A DNA stretch of 64,000 bases from Neovahlkampfia damariscottae (lineage: Eukaryota): contig JABLTG010000103.1 in assembly GCA_016618085.1 (NCBI GenBank), forward strand, positions 1 through 64,000, in the 5' to 3' direction. The notes beneath the pieces were generated by a model. That model made no database searches and was not told where the DNA came from. It worked only from the letters and a program-made list of their open reading frames with translations. Shown one piece after another: positions 1-10,667 of the stretch (positions within the stretch are counted from its first letter, which is position 1; the number at the start of each line of letters is the position of its first letter). The position numbers and the translations under genes were made by a program.

Positions 1-460
1 TAAACGAATCGAGTAATTCTCATCCATTCTTGTATTTTTTTCTTTTGTTCACTTGTTGGTTTTAAAAGAATTTTTCTTGATCGAATAATTTCATCTGTAT
101 CAAGTTGTTTTTTTGATAAACCAGTTTTATGTGAAACTTGTTTGTTTTCTTTTGGAACATTTTTTGATGAAATAAAACACCTTCTGTTAATGAAGATTGT
201 TCTACCAACTTTTTTGTCCAACAAATATTCTTGTCAACTGAAGAAGAAGAACTTGGAGGTATACTTTTCACTTGTAGCATGTCTTCTTTTTCTTTAGTTC
301 ACCAAAAAGGATACGAATCTTTTCCTTGTTTATATGTTGATTTCATATTTCTTGTTTCTTTTGTTTCTTCAAGTTTTCTCTTTTTTATCACTTCTGTTGT
401 TGATGTTGAAGTAACATTTTTTTCTTTCCAAAATGAATCCAATTTGAGCTGTTTGGACAT
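1..460 (-). mobile_element. Degenerate Fanzor/TnpB (IS200/IS605-IS607 OrfB-like) gene, 5' part; runs off the left edge
   Basis: ATG at 460 (MSKQLKLDSFW...), in-frame TGA at 301-299 after DSYPFW. A shifted frame then reads DEIIRSRKILLKPTSEQKKKIQEWM, and one more 1-nt shift gives GITRFVY. This matches the TnpB N-terminal motif (K.RL.PT.EQK..L..W.G..RFVYN). Confidence 0.72.
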
Positions 461-596
461 TTTAAATACTTGAGATCTTTTTCAGTATTTTCTAGTTGAA
501 CAACTTCAAGTAAAAATTCTAAAAATAACTGGCAAAATTAAATCGAATTGGCCACTTTTATCACAATAACCATCAATTCATTGGCCGTTGAATGTA

Positions 597-781
597 GATC
601 CTTTATAATTTTACAAATTGCATCAGTCATTAAAGTTCTTTATTCATTCACAAAAAAATTATTCACAATCACTGCAGCACTTCATCTGAACGTGGATTCT
701 CAGCGAGGGCAGAATTATCACTAAATTACGATCAAGTTTAAAACAGCTGGAAATTTATTATTTATGAAAGATACTGATTGA
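597..781 (+). mobile_element. Decayed hAT-family transposase C-terminal dimerisation domain
   Basis: Across a stop and frameshifts: DPL*FYK...KKLFTI..STSSERGFSA / GRIITKLRSSLK..NLLFMK, matching hATC (DPL.WW....LA..YL.IPA.S..SER.FS.AG.I....R..L). Confidence 0.72.
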
Positions 782-1083
782 TGGTGAAGAAAATAAATTA
801 TTTTTACTTCCTTCTCAACCTAAAACTTTTTTTTCATCTCCTTTAATTTTCCGATTTCATTAGGAACAAGGTTATTAATAAGAAATTTTTTGAAATATCT
901 TTCAGGGCACCCATCCATGTTACCCAGCGTCAACCCATCAAAATTTTTTCTGCTCTTTTTTCTTCCTCTGGTTCATCTGGAACCACATGAATTATTGATT
1001 GATTTTCTTGTTGTAAATCTGATGTGACTTGTTTGTTGACATGGTTTTTTGTTTTTGTGGTTGTCAATTGATGTATTTGTTGA

Positions 1084-1869
1084 TTAAATTTCTTGTTTTT
1101 GATTCAGAATTAAATCTAGAAATAGATTTGTGTTGTTAATTCTTTTTTGAAAATTTTTCAACTTTTCAAGAATTTTTGTTTCTTCTTTGTTGAATTTTTT
1201 TTGTAAAAATTTTTTTTCTCGTTTCATTTTTTTGAAGAGTCGTAGTATATTTTTATCATACCCAAAGTTGTTTTTCACTTTTTCTTCAATCTCTGGTTGT
1301 GTGAAAAAAATTTCTTCTTTTGAGATTTTTGATGTTTTTCTGAATTGTTTGATTTCAAAGTATTCTTTTTGAATTGGAAATATTGAAAGAAAATAAAAAT
1401 TTTTCAATATGGATTCTCTTTCATGATGAAAAATCCATTGAACAAATTCAAATTCAAAACATGTTTCAATGGGTTCAAAAAAATCTTTGATGATTTGAAT
1501 ATAATTTGAATAAAACTCTTTTTGTTGGTGTTTTGGTTCATAATTTAATAAATTAAAAATAAAGTTTGCTCGTTTCATTGATAGTTTAATTTCTTTGAAT
1601 TCTGTTGGTTCTTCGAAAGATGATTCAGTTTCTTTTTTCATTGAGAAATAGAAATCAAATAAATCGTATTCTATTTCCATTTCTTTGAATTGTATCCAAA
1701 GAATGTCTATCCAATGATTTTGGTAAATTGTTTTTTTTGTTGTTGTTTTTTTGCACAAGTTGAGATGTGATTTGAAAATACTTTGAAAATTCTGTTGGTT
1801 TCTTGAGTTATTCCACTGGTTGTATTCTTCTATTAATTTTTGTTGATCAAAGAGCAAATTCGGATGCAT
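1084..1869 (-). CDS. Hypothetical protein (261 aa)
   Basis: Uninterrupted ORF with ATG; ATTGG at 1877-1881; no recognisable domain. Confidence 0.55.
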   Translation of the reverse strand: MHPNLLFDQQKLIEEYNQWNNSRNQQNFQSIFKSHLNLCKKTTTKKTIYQNHWIDILWIQFKEMEIEYDLFDFYFSMKKETESSFEEPTEFKEIKLSMKRANFIFNLLNYEPKHQQKEFYSNYIQIIKDFFEPIETCFEFEFVQWIFHHERESILKNFYFLSIFPIQKEYFEIKQFRKTSKISKEEIFFTQPEIEEKVKNNFGYDKNILRLFKKMKREKKFLQKKFNKEETKILEKLKNFQKRINNTNLFLDLILNQKQEI

Positions 1870-2267
1870 TGAAATGATTGGTTGTTAAAAAAAAGAAGCA
1901 GAAGATGTTCACATGTTTGAAAAAGAATTAGCGAAATCGGTTATTATTTTTTTGTCATAGAATCATGAAGAAATGAATAAAATGACATTCAATTACAAAT
2001 AAATTTGTCAGTGTTTAAATCACTTAAGATCTTTTGGGAAACACTAAATGAAGACAAGTCTCTTTTCAAGATTTCAAATCATCAAATAGCTTGTTCCTTT
2101 TTCTTTCTTCTTTTTTGTGGCAGATCAATTTTTCGGCACAGAAAGATAATAGAACTCGAATTGCAACAATATTCAAAGAATACAATCTTCTGAGTTTTTT
2201 CCAACTCAAAGCAAGATCATTTTGAAAACCCAAATCTCAATGAAGACAAAAGTTTTGAAAAAAACCT

Positions 2268-5200
2268 TTAATAACTGTTGAGTAATTCATCAAATGTATT
2301 CCACCAAGAATCAAAATCACTCTTCTCTTCAAACAACATTTGAATTTCAATTTTTTCTTCAATTTCCTTCACCAAATTACTTCCACTCAAAACAATTCCT
2401 TTAGTACTTTCATTAAATGACATTTCAAATTTATCATCAAAAAATAAATGAATAGCATTTACTTGACTCAATAATTCCTTCTTCAAAGAAATAAACAATT
2501 CATCATTAAAAAGAATACAACAACTAAAATTATTGATGATTTTTGTTTGATTAATCACAATTTTACATTCTTCTTCTTTCTTTTTTTCTCTAACAATTTT
2601 TTTTGCACTTGTGATCTAAATGAAAAAAAAATGAGAATTTGGAGCTGTTTCTTACTGTGAAATTGAATTTTTTTTGTAATTCTTTCATATTTCGAACTTG
2701 TCCTGCTTCTCTCATTTTCTCATTGCAATAAGAAACAATACCTGAAATTTCATCCAATGCGCTTGTCAATTGGTCATATTTCTTTGCTGATTCATTGATT
2801 GGAGTACTTCTAAGTAAATCTTCAAGAAATAAGCGATATCTAGGTAATCTTTGAACAGGTAAAACCAAATAAGATTGAATATCGACCAATAAATCTTTCT
2901 GTTTTAATTCTTGCATTTTTTCTTTCAAAAAAGCTGCAAATTTTGAATTATTTTCTCTTTCTTTTTTTAGAATTTCAGAAGACAAATCAAATCCAACAAT
3001 ATAATCAGTATATAATTTAAAGGCTTGTGAGTATTCTAATAATAAAGAACTTAATTCAAAATCTTGAGTGACATAATCCTTTTTGGCAATTTCTTGTAAT
3101 TTGTTCAAAAAGAGAACATTAATACCAAGTACAATCTTCAAACATGAAAATAACTTTTTATGGACATCTTCTGAAATGAGATTTTTTTCAGCCAATGGGA
3201 CAACAAAGTGATTATTCAAATGATTCAAATTTTTAACATATGTTCTTTCAGTAGTGATGAATTCTTTAACAATATCTTTTCTTTTTTGAAAAGATTTGAA
3301 ATTGATTTCTTCAACATAAGTGGAAGGTAAATAACCTTCTCTTTCTTTATAGAAACATAAAGTCCATCCATTTGTATCAAAATTAGTTTGTTGAACAATG
3401 ATCACTAATTCATCTCTTTCAACAGTTAATTCATTTGGATTTTCACCATGGAATGATTCAAGTAATCTTCCGATGCCATACTCTGATGATAATTGAGCAA
3501 AATCAACAACTGGTTCTTCTTCTCTTGGTGTGAGTAAAAATCCCATTCCTTTTGGAGTCTTTGGTGTTTTTGGTGTTTTTGGTTGTGAAGAAAGATGTTC
3601 TTCTTCTTTGATTGGAATTGGGATTCGGTTAAATTGAATTTTACTTCCTTGTCTTGGTATGACAATTTCTTCAGATTTTCTTTCTTTGGATTGAGTGTCA
3701 TTAAAATCTCCATTTGTGATTGAACCAATATTTGGAGAACTTCCTTTTAAGGAAGGTTTTGATTTTGATTTCTTTCCTTCTTCTCTTTCTTTGTTTTCTT
3801 TGAATTTGGTGAATGTTCTCACCAATGTTTTGAATGTTGTTTTTTCTTTAGTATCATCACTTGAACGTGCGCTAGAATTTCCAGAATCCTTTCCATCTGA
3901 ATTGCTTCCGGAGTTTTTTTTTGAATCTTCTTCTTTTCCAAGGTATGAAAATTTCCTTGTTGGAGATTCATTATAACCATCTTTGGAAATATTTTTAGGT
4001 GAATCTTTTTTTCTTTCCAATTCCAGCATGATTTGTTTTCTTGGAGAAGAAGCATCCAATGAGGAGCTTTTTGATTCACCAAAAGGTCTTGGTGATGATT
4101 TTTCCTGTAATTCCTTTCCTAATGTTCTTGGTGATGTTGATGGAGTGTACATAGATGACAAAATATTTTGAATCATTTTTGAATCTTGCATTGAAATTGA
4201 TTGGCGAACAAATGAGTTTTGAAAAACATCTTGATTGATAATTTCCTTCTTTCTTTTAATCTCTTCTAACTTTTTAGCTGCTTTTTGTAGTCCGTCTTTT
4301 TCCAATAATGTGATTAATCCATCTACTGAAGGAATTCTAATTTTAAAGATGGTGTTATCAGTTGAATAATAAAATGAAAAATAATTTGATGATAATTGAG
4401 GTTTCAATTTTGTTTTGATTTCGATTGGGTATGGATCTTTCGTGCTTTGATATTTATCCCTCGTAGATTTATCAGTTGATCTTTCATTGAAAATATTTTT
4501 GAATTCAAGTGAAAAATGATCATCTTTTCTTGATAAACCAGCAACAAAAGGTATTGATATTTCAGCTTTTTCGACTTCTGATGAGAATTTTAAATCACTA
4601 AATTTTCCAGGCATATGATTGGTATTTGGGACATAAGTTGGCAATTTCTTTCCATTGTCTTCTAAATAAATTGGATCTCCATGTTTATCTGCAAAAGAAT
4701 AAGCTAAAAATGAATCTGATTTCCAATTTCTGTTTGTCAAGAAAACTAAACTTGGAGTGACTGAACTTTCCACTTGTTCAAAAACATGATCAGAACTAAT
4801 TTTTCCAAAGTTTTGTCCAATGTTATAAACGTTATATTTCTTGAAATAAGTGACTAAAAAGTCTCCAACTGAAAAAAAGTAATTTATCGGAAAAGGAACA
4901 TCTTGTTGTGTCAATTTTTTGAATGATAAATTTGTGTAATCATAAACTAAAAAAGTTTTTTTCTTTGAGTTGTATACGATGAATCTGTTTGTTTTTTTAT
5001 TTACATTTGTTGTTATAACAGAGTCTTGATGAAAAAGTGTGAAATCTGAACCAAACTGACCATTTTGTAAATAATTTTCATCTTTAAAATCTTTTTTAAA
5101 TTGAAAGTCTGAAGAGTTTAAAATACCAATTGATTTTTCATCTTGAAAAAATAACAGTTTGAATTTTTCATCTGTTGAAATTTTTGTTATTTGTTTTTTG

Positions 5201-5455
5201 TTTGGTGTTTCAAAAGTTTTAATTAAATCATGTTCTAACTCATTATTTTCAAAGTACTTGTAAATTTTTCCGTTATCTGTTCCAACATAAACATATTCAT
5301 CTTGTTTTTTTTTTTTATTTATTTTTTTTTTTACCTGAGGTATAAAGAGCGGTAACATTTTCGTTTTTCAAAGTGATGATTTTTTTTGTTGGAAAATTCA
5401 TTCTTTTGGGATCAATTTTGAACCAACTTGAAAATGATTGTCTGTTGTCGCTCAT
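2268..5455 (-). CDS. Rho guanine-nucleotide exchange factor: CNH-like N-terminus, low-complexity linker, SH3, DH (RhoGEF), PH
   Basis: Spliced model from ATG 5455 with introns 5334-5301 and 2655-2616. VTALYTSDEYVYVGTDNGKI (CNH-like start); SH3 NELTVERDELV..GW..EGYLPSTYV; DH EFITTERTYVKNL...LVLPVQRLPRYRLFLEDL; PH-like final exon. Confidence 0.88.
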
Positions 5456-5703
5456 CAACTGTAAAAACGGTGGACAACTACCAGAGCAAAATGATTGGAT
5501 AAAAAAAATGATAAATTAATATTATTTTTTTGAATTTAATTCATAAAAATATTTAAAATAAAAAAAATTATTTTTCACCAATATCAATTCTTGTAACTTT
5601 TTGTGGATACGCAAATGATCAAACCGACATTGATTTAAATTGCAATCTTGTCAACCGTATGAAGCAATCTGATTTCTGTTGTATTAAAGAATTATTGTAG
5701 CTT

Positions 5704-6063
5704 TTAAATATCAGTTTTATTACTACCAAGATAATTTTTTAAACTTTTTTCAAAAATTTGGTGAGATTTTTCATCCCAAGGCGTAAAGATCTTTTCAGCA
5801 TTTTTTTTCAAATATTTCGGTGTTTCATCAGGATTCAAATAAGTAAATTCAGTATCTTCATTTTCATAATTGATGTCTGTTTGTAAGTTTGATTCAAATT
5901 CCTTTGCATATGCTTCAACATCTTTCTCAACCTCATTGATCAAGTCATTTGCATATTTTCGATCACAAATACCTTCTAAAAAGCTAAAAAATTCTTCTAA
6001 GCTCTCTTTTTGAAGATATTTGTGGATTTCTAAGTCAAGCATTTTTTTTTGAACCTGAGTCAT
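5704..6063 (-). CDS. Hypothetical acidic helical protein, boundaries uncertain
   Basis: ORF with protein-like composition; no domain recognised; extra exons possible. Confidence 0.35.
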   Translation of the reverse strand: MTQVQKKMLDLEIHKYLQKESLEEFFSFLEGICDRKYANDLINEVEKDVEAYAKEFESNLQTDINYENEDTEFTYLNPDETPKYLKKNAEKIFTPWDEKSHQIFEKSLKNYLGSNKTDI

Positions 6064-6487
6064 TGTTGAATTTGATTGGAGGACCAAGACAACAATTCAA
6101 TTGGTGTTTTGAAGTTAGTTTTATAGGTTGAAGATAAACAATTATTCAAGAGATTAAAACAAGTTGAAGAATTGCAGGTGGATTAACTCGGCTTGATTTG
6201 GAGCTTGAAAGACCCAAGTCCTTTGTTTACCTGGAAAGAAAGACAAAGTCCAGATAGAGACATCAAAATGAGATTCATTGGTTTATTATAGCCTTTCAGC
6301 ATATTTAGCTACGCTTTGGGCCAATTGATCAAATGGACCAATCACAGATAATTTACATTACAAAAATAAATTCCAAAGCATCGGAGATTTTCCAAATTCG
6401 GAGCTATTTCGGAGGAAACGGAAAAATAGGCACCAATAAAAAGAACACAAATTCTTCATTGATATTAACTCCGAATTGACAGGTAAT

Positions 6488-7513
6488 ATGAACAGTACAA
6501 CAAACTCAACAATTCCACCAAGTGTTTTCACTCATGACTATACATACGTACAAGGAGCTTGGATGTGTATCGCTTGGATGTATCCTATCCACATTGGTTT
6601 TGCTTATCTTGTCGCACTCATGGGTATTGGCGCTTTTATCACAAGAGTAATCAAACCGATCATGTTCTTACATGTTTGGTTCGGAAGATTATTTATGATC
6701 TTCATGTTTTGCACAATGGCTTCATCTTTGGTTATTTTCAACACTGGATTACCAACAGCTATCATGGTCTTTTTTGTTCTGCTGACAATTGGACAATCTG
6801 TTGGATGGTTAGCTATCAAAATTCATCAAATGATTATGGAGAAAAAAGCTTTGGCTATTGTTCAAAAGAAAATCATAACAATGATGGCTAATGGAACAAA
6901 AATAACAGATTTCGAAAAAGTAGCAACAGCCAAACTTCAAGAAGTCTCTACAGAAGGAGAATATGGAACTGAAGCAAAAGAACGTAATTCAATTTCAGAT
7001 AACAATTCAAATGATGGAAGCTCTGCAGACGAAGAAAAAAAAGATCTCGGAGAAAAAGGAGAAAATGGAGAAAAAGGAGAAATTCATGAAAATGTTGAAG
7101 ACAAAGTCGAAAGCATTGGAACAAATGCTTTTAATTTACAAAAAGAAATTGGAATAGCTAAAGGTCAAATTGCAGGCAGCAAAGGATTTTTTGGAAGATT
7201 TTTTTCATTGAAGTCACTTCATGCACTTGGTATGTTTGTTGCGTGGTGGAATATTTTCGGAAGAGCAGCTGTTACAAATCCTGCTAAATGGGATGGATGT
7301 TGGTCTTATCCAGCTTACAAAGATACTACAGGAAATGTAGTGTATGCAAATGAACTCAAAGACAATGGATCAAGTTTTGTTGCAAATGTTCCATTATTTG
7401 TTTCTGTTTCATTTGTACCAGCATTCGTATTGTTCATTGCTTTCGGATTTTGTTATTCATTGGCTGCTGGACTGATAGCTTTGTATAAACAAAAAAAAGC
7501 GGAAAAAAAATAA
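6488..7513 (+). CDS. Multi-pass membrane protein (DUF2306-like His-containing helices)
   Basis: About 6 hydrophobic segments with HIGF, HVWFGRLF and LHALGM; acidic cytoplasmic loop; first ATG at 6488. Confidence 0.75.
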   Translation: MNSTTNSTIPPSVFTHDYTYVQGAWMCIAWMYPIHIGFAYLVALMGIGAFITRVIKPIMFLHVWFGRLFMIFMFCTMASSLVIFNTGLPTAIMVFFVLLTIGQSVGWLAIKIHQMIMEKKALAIVQKKIITMMANGTKITDFEKVATAKLQEVSTEGEYGTEAKERNSISDNNSNDGSSADEEKKDLGEKGENGEKGEIHENVEDKVESIGTNAFNLQKEIGIAKGQIAGSKGFFGRFFSLKSLHALGMFVAWWNIFGRAAVTNPAKWDGCWSYPAYKDTTGNVVYANELKDNGSSFVANVPLFVSVSFVPAFVLFIAFGFCYSLAAGLIALYKQKKAEKK

Positions 7514-7563
7514 ATTATTGTAAATTTTCAACCAAATCTGATTCATTTTTTACAACCTAAAAT

Positions 7564-8642
7564 TTATTTAAAATATCTAAACACTTTTGATTCATGTTCC
7601 ATTTTTTTTGTTTGTTGATTCCAACCAATAAAATGACCTGTTGAATCACCAGACATGAAAAAAATATCAGCTTGAAATTTTTTTGGTTGATAACATACAG
7701 AAAGTGTTGATTTTGGTTTGGGATGATATGAATGTAATGTTGATTTCCAAGTACTATTTGAAACATGATAATGTTGAACACCTCCATCAACAACATAAAG
7801 TAATTCCGCATGAGGTGTTGATGGATTATAGAAGGCTTTCAAATCACCAAGAACTTTTTCTTTGAATGGGTAATAATCAAAAATCCATTTATCTTTCAAC
7901 CAAAAAGCATAATATGCTTGTGTATTTTGTTCGAAAAATACAGACGAATGTTTGCGTTCATCTTCATAAACTGCACTAATAGAACCTGTTGCCTTGTGAT
8001 CATTGAATGTTTTATTATCATGATTCCATGCACGATTGTCACCTAAATACCAGTAATGAATTTGATAATTCATTCCAACATAAAACACTGCACTGTGCTT
8101 TTTGTGATGTTCATATACAGCTGATATATCACCATGAACTGGAAATTCATAAAATGTTTTGTAATCATGTGCCCATCCATGGGAGCCCAAATAAAAGTAA
8201 TTTAAACAGCCTTTTTCGTCTGCAAAGAAAACAGCAGCATGGTTTCTTTGTGGTTCAAAAACAGCAGATATTCTACCAGAAACTTTACCAGCACTTTTAA
8301 AACTTTGGTTATCAATCTTCCAGCCACCATCTTTTTAAAAATTAGTTATTAGTTTTAAAACAAACTGTGGAAGTAACCATAAGAAAGGTATCCGTCTTCA
8401 CCTTGAAAAAATACAGCAGGATGTTTTCTTTGTGGTTCATAAATAGCTGAAACATCACCTGTACAAATTGGAAATGTTTTTTTATCTTCAATCCAAGTTG
8501 AATTTTTTTTGTTAAATGTGTAATGGATTAGTTGTGATTTTTGTGATGAAAAAATACAAGTGGAACCATTTTCTGGATCGTAGACGATATCTACAGCTCC
8601 TACTTCATATAAAATTTTCTTCAAAAGAGCAAAGTTGGACAT
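7564..8642 (-). CDS. Repeat beta-propeller protein, fucose-lectin-like
   Basis: Intron 8365-8331 joins the two ORFs. There are 6-7 repeats of about 47 aa (W.HD.KTF....V.G.ISAVYE..RKH.AVFF) and no signal peptide. Confidence 0.72.
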
Positions 8643-8704
8643 GTTGTTTTGAGGAACTGAGAAAAATGATTGGTGTAATTTCCGTGATTTAACTTATTAA
8701 AAAA

Positions 8705-10552
8705 TTAATTTATTAAATGTTTGTATTCCTTTGGTAATTTATTTTTAAATTCATTTTTTAAATGATTATCAATCTCAAAGTAATGTTTCAAATGTTGATT
8801 GATAAATTTTAGAATCAAATTTTGAACATCAGTAAAATTGATTTTACCTTTCCATTTGAATAAATTATTCAATAACTGAAATGATTTTTCAATTTGAATT
8901 TTAAAAAATTCCAGTTTCCAATCAAATTTTAAATTTGGTAATATTAGCTCATCAATAAAAATAGAAAATCGTTCAACTAAATAAATTGAAATTTCTTCAG
9001 GAATATCAATAAACATTGAAACATCATTCATTAAAGAAACTAAATTTTTCGTTTCAGCACTGGAAAAAACATCATAACAATTTTGAATTGAATGACTTAA
9101 ACGAGGAATCAAAATTTTCAAAATCAAATTTGGTAAAATTTCATCTTCACTTTGAAGTTGTTTAAACCATGAAAAATCAACAAAAGAATTATTGTTTTCC
9201 AATGGATCCCAAGAAATCATCTCCAATCTGATAAAAGGAGCGTACACTTTTTGAAGTGATAAATTGCAATATGTGTCATTGAAGGATTTTTCAAATTTTG
9301 TTTTCCATTCATTAAATGATTGTTTTATCTTTGAAATTGATGAATAATCTTCAATTGTGTCAGAAAATATATCTTTGGCATCTTGAAAAATCTCTTCCAT
9401 TTCAGGTGTTGATTGGATAATTTTTGAAGATTCAAATGAAGCAATTCTTTGATTTTTTTCATCGTCATTAGATATATCAAGCTTATCCTTTTGGTATTGC
9501 ACCCATTTATCCCTTTTTTCTTGAGAAAATTCTTTTCTAAGACGTAACAAATCATTTTCACAATCTTCTATTTCTGGAACTTTCTTATCAATACAATCAA
9601 TTAAATCTTCAATATAACTTCTCATTTTTTGATAAAATATGTATTGTTGATTTAACGAATCGAAATCTTCAATTATTTTGTCCAATGAGCCTTCATTTTC
9701 TTTGTAGGTTGTTTCATAATATTTGAACTCTTTTTCATCCTTTTCATTTGCTTCATTGATCAATTTTAATGTGTCATTCAATTCTTTCTGAACTTTTTCG
9801 AAAGAGTCAATATGAGCAATTTGCACATCTTTCTGTTTGATCTTTTCCAATTTTTTTTCCTTCTTTCTTTTCAAAACATTAAAACCTGCATTTTGCAATT
9901 GCAATTCCTCCCATTCTTTTTCATCAGAATCTGAGTTTGATTCTTCACTGCTTACAACTTCATGAGTTATATTTCTCTTTTCAGTGGTCATTCCAAATTT
10001 GATCTTTTTTCCTTTATGTTCTTCAAAAATTTCGTCTTCATCTTCATCTGAGGATTGTGTTGAATTATCTTCTTTGTCTTCATTTTTCTCTAAAGGAATG
10101 AAATTTTCTTCATTTTGGGCTTTTAATCTCTTCATTTTTGCGTTTTGAATTGAAAATTCATCCAAAATTTTTGTGGAATTTTTTTCATCTGAAATTTGAT
10201 TTTTAGGAACTCTTTCAATATATTCTGTTGTTTCTATTTCATCATTTTCATTTTTGAATGTTTTTTTTTTTATAACTTCTTCGAAATCTGTTTTTCCTTC
10301 TTCAACACCGTTATACAAATCTTCAACTGTTCTCTTCAAATTATCTAAATTATCATCACTATAATAACGTTTTGTAGTTTTAAAATTATCATGTTTTTTT
10401 TTTGTTGAAACCGCAAAACCAGATTTTGTTTTGTTAACTTTTTTGAATTCATGTGTTGAACTATTTTTTTTTGGAATCACAACTATTGGTTCCTCTTTTT
10501 CATCTTCATCTTCAAAACTTAACAATCTGATCTGTTTTTTATTTTTCTTCAT
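8705..10552 (-). CDS. GCF/PAXBP1/GCFC2 (Ntr2-like) spliceosome-disassembly factor
   Basis: LLSFEDE, WEELQL, FYQKMRSYIEDLIDCIDKKVPEIE, IFSDTIEDYSSISKIKQSFNEWK, PFIRLEMISWDPL. Likely start MKKNKK at 10552. Confidence 0.85.
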   Translation of the reverse strand: MKKNKKQIRLLSFEDEDEKEEPIVVIPKKNSSTHEFKKVNKTKSGFAVSTKKKHDNFKTTKRYYSDDNLDNLKRTVEDLYNGVEEGKTDFEEVIKKKTFKNENDEIETTEYIERVPKNQISDEKNSTKILDEFSIQNAKMKRLKAQNEENFIPLEKNEDKEDNSTQSSDEDEDEIFEEHKGKKIKFGMTTEKRNITHEVVSSEESNSDSDEKEWEELQLQNAGFNVLKRKKEKKLEKIKQKDVQIAHIDSFEKVQKELNDTLKLINEANEKDEKEFKYYETTYKENEGSLDKIIEDFDSLNQQYIFYQKMRSYIEDLIDCIDKKVPEIEDCENDLLRLRKEFSQEKRDKWVQYQKDKLDISNDDEKNQRIASFESSKIIQSTPEMEEIFQDAKDIFSDTIEDYSSISKIKQSFNEWKTKFEKSFNDTYCNLSLQKVYAPFIRLEMISWDPLENNNSFVDFSWFKQLQSEDEILPNLILKILIPRLSHSIQNCYDVFSSAETKNLVSLMNDVSMFIDIPEEISIYLVERFSIFIDELILPNLKFDWKLEFFKIQIEKSFQLLNNLFKWKGKINFTDVQNLILKFINQHLKHYFEIDNHLKNEFKNKLPKEYKHLIN

Positions 10553-10667
10553 GGTTGTATTTGTTGAAGTGTCAATTGTTTTGATTGGATAAAAAATGTG
10601 TTGTGGAAAATGCAAACAGAAACTGTTTTCTGATGTAACAAAATATAACATACCAAAGAACAAGAGG

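Noticed and set aside
903..940. CAGGGCACCC... as a hAT terminal inverted repeat
   Set aside because: GC-rich and TIR-like, but no partner repeat or 8-bp target duplication seen, and it faces away from the transposase relic.
6226..6234. TTTACCTGG as the 5' end of U1 snRNA (similar at about 49946)
   Set aside because: Incomplete match to ACTTACCTG; no U1 stem-loops or Sm site recognisable.
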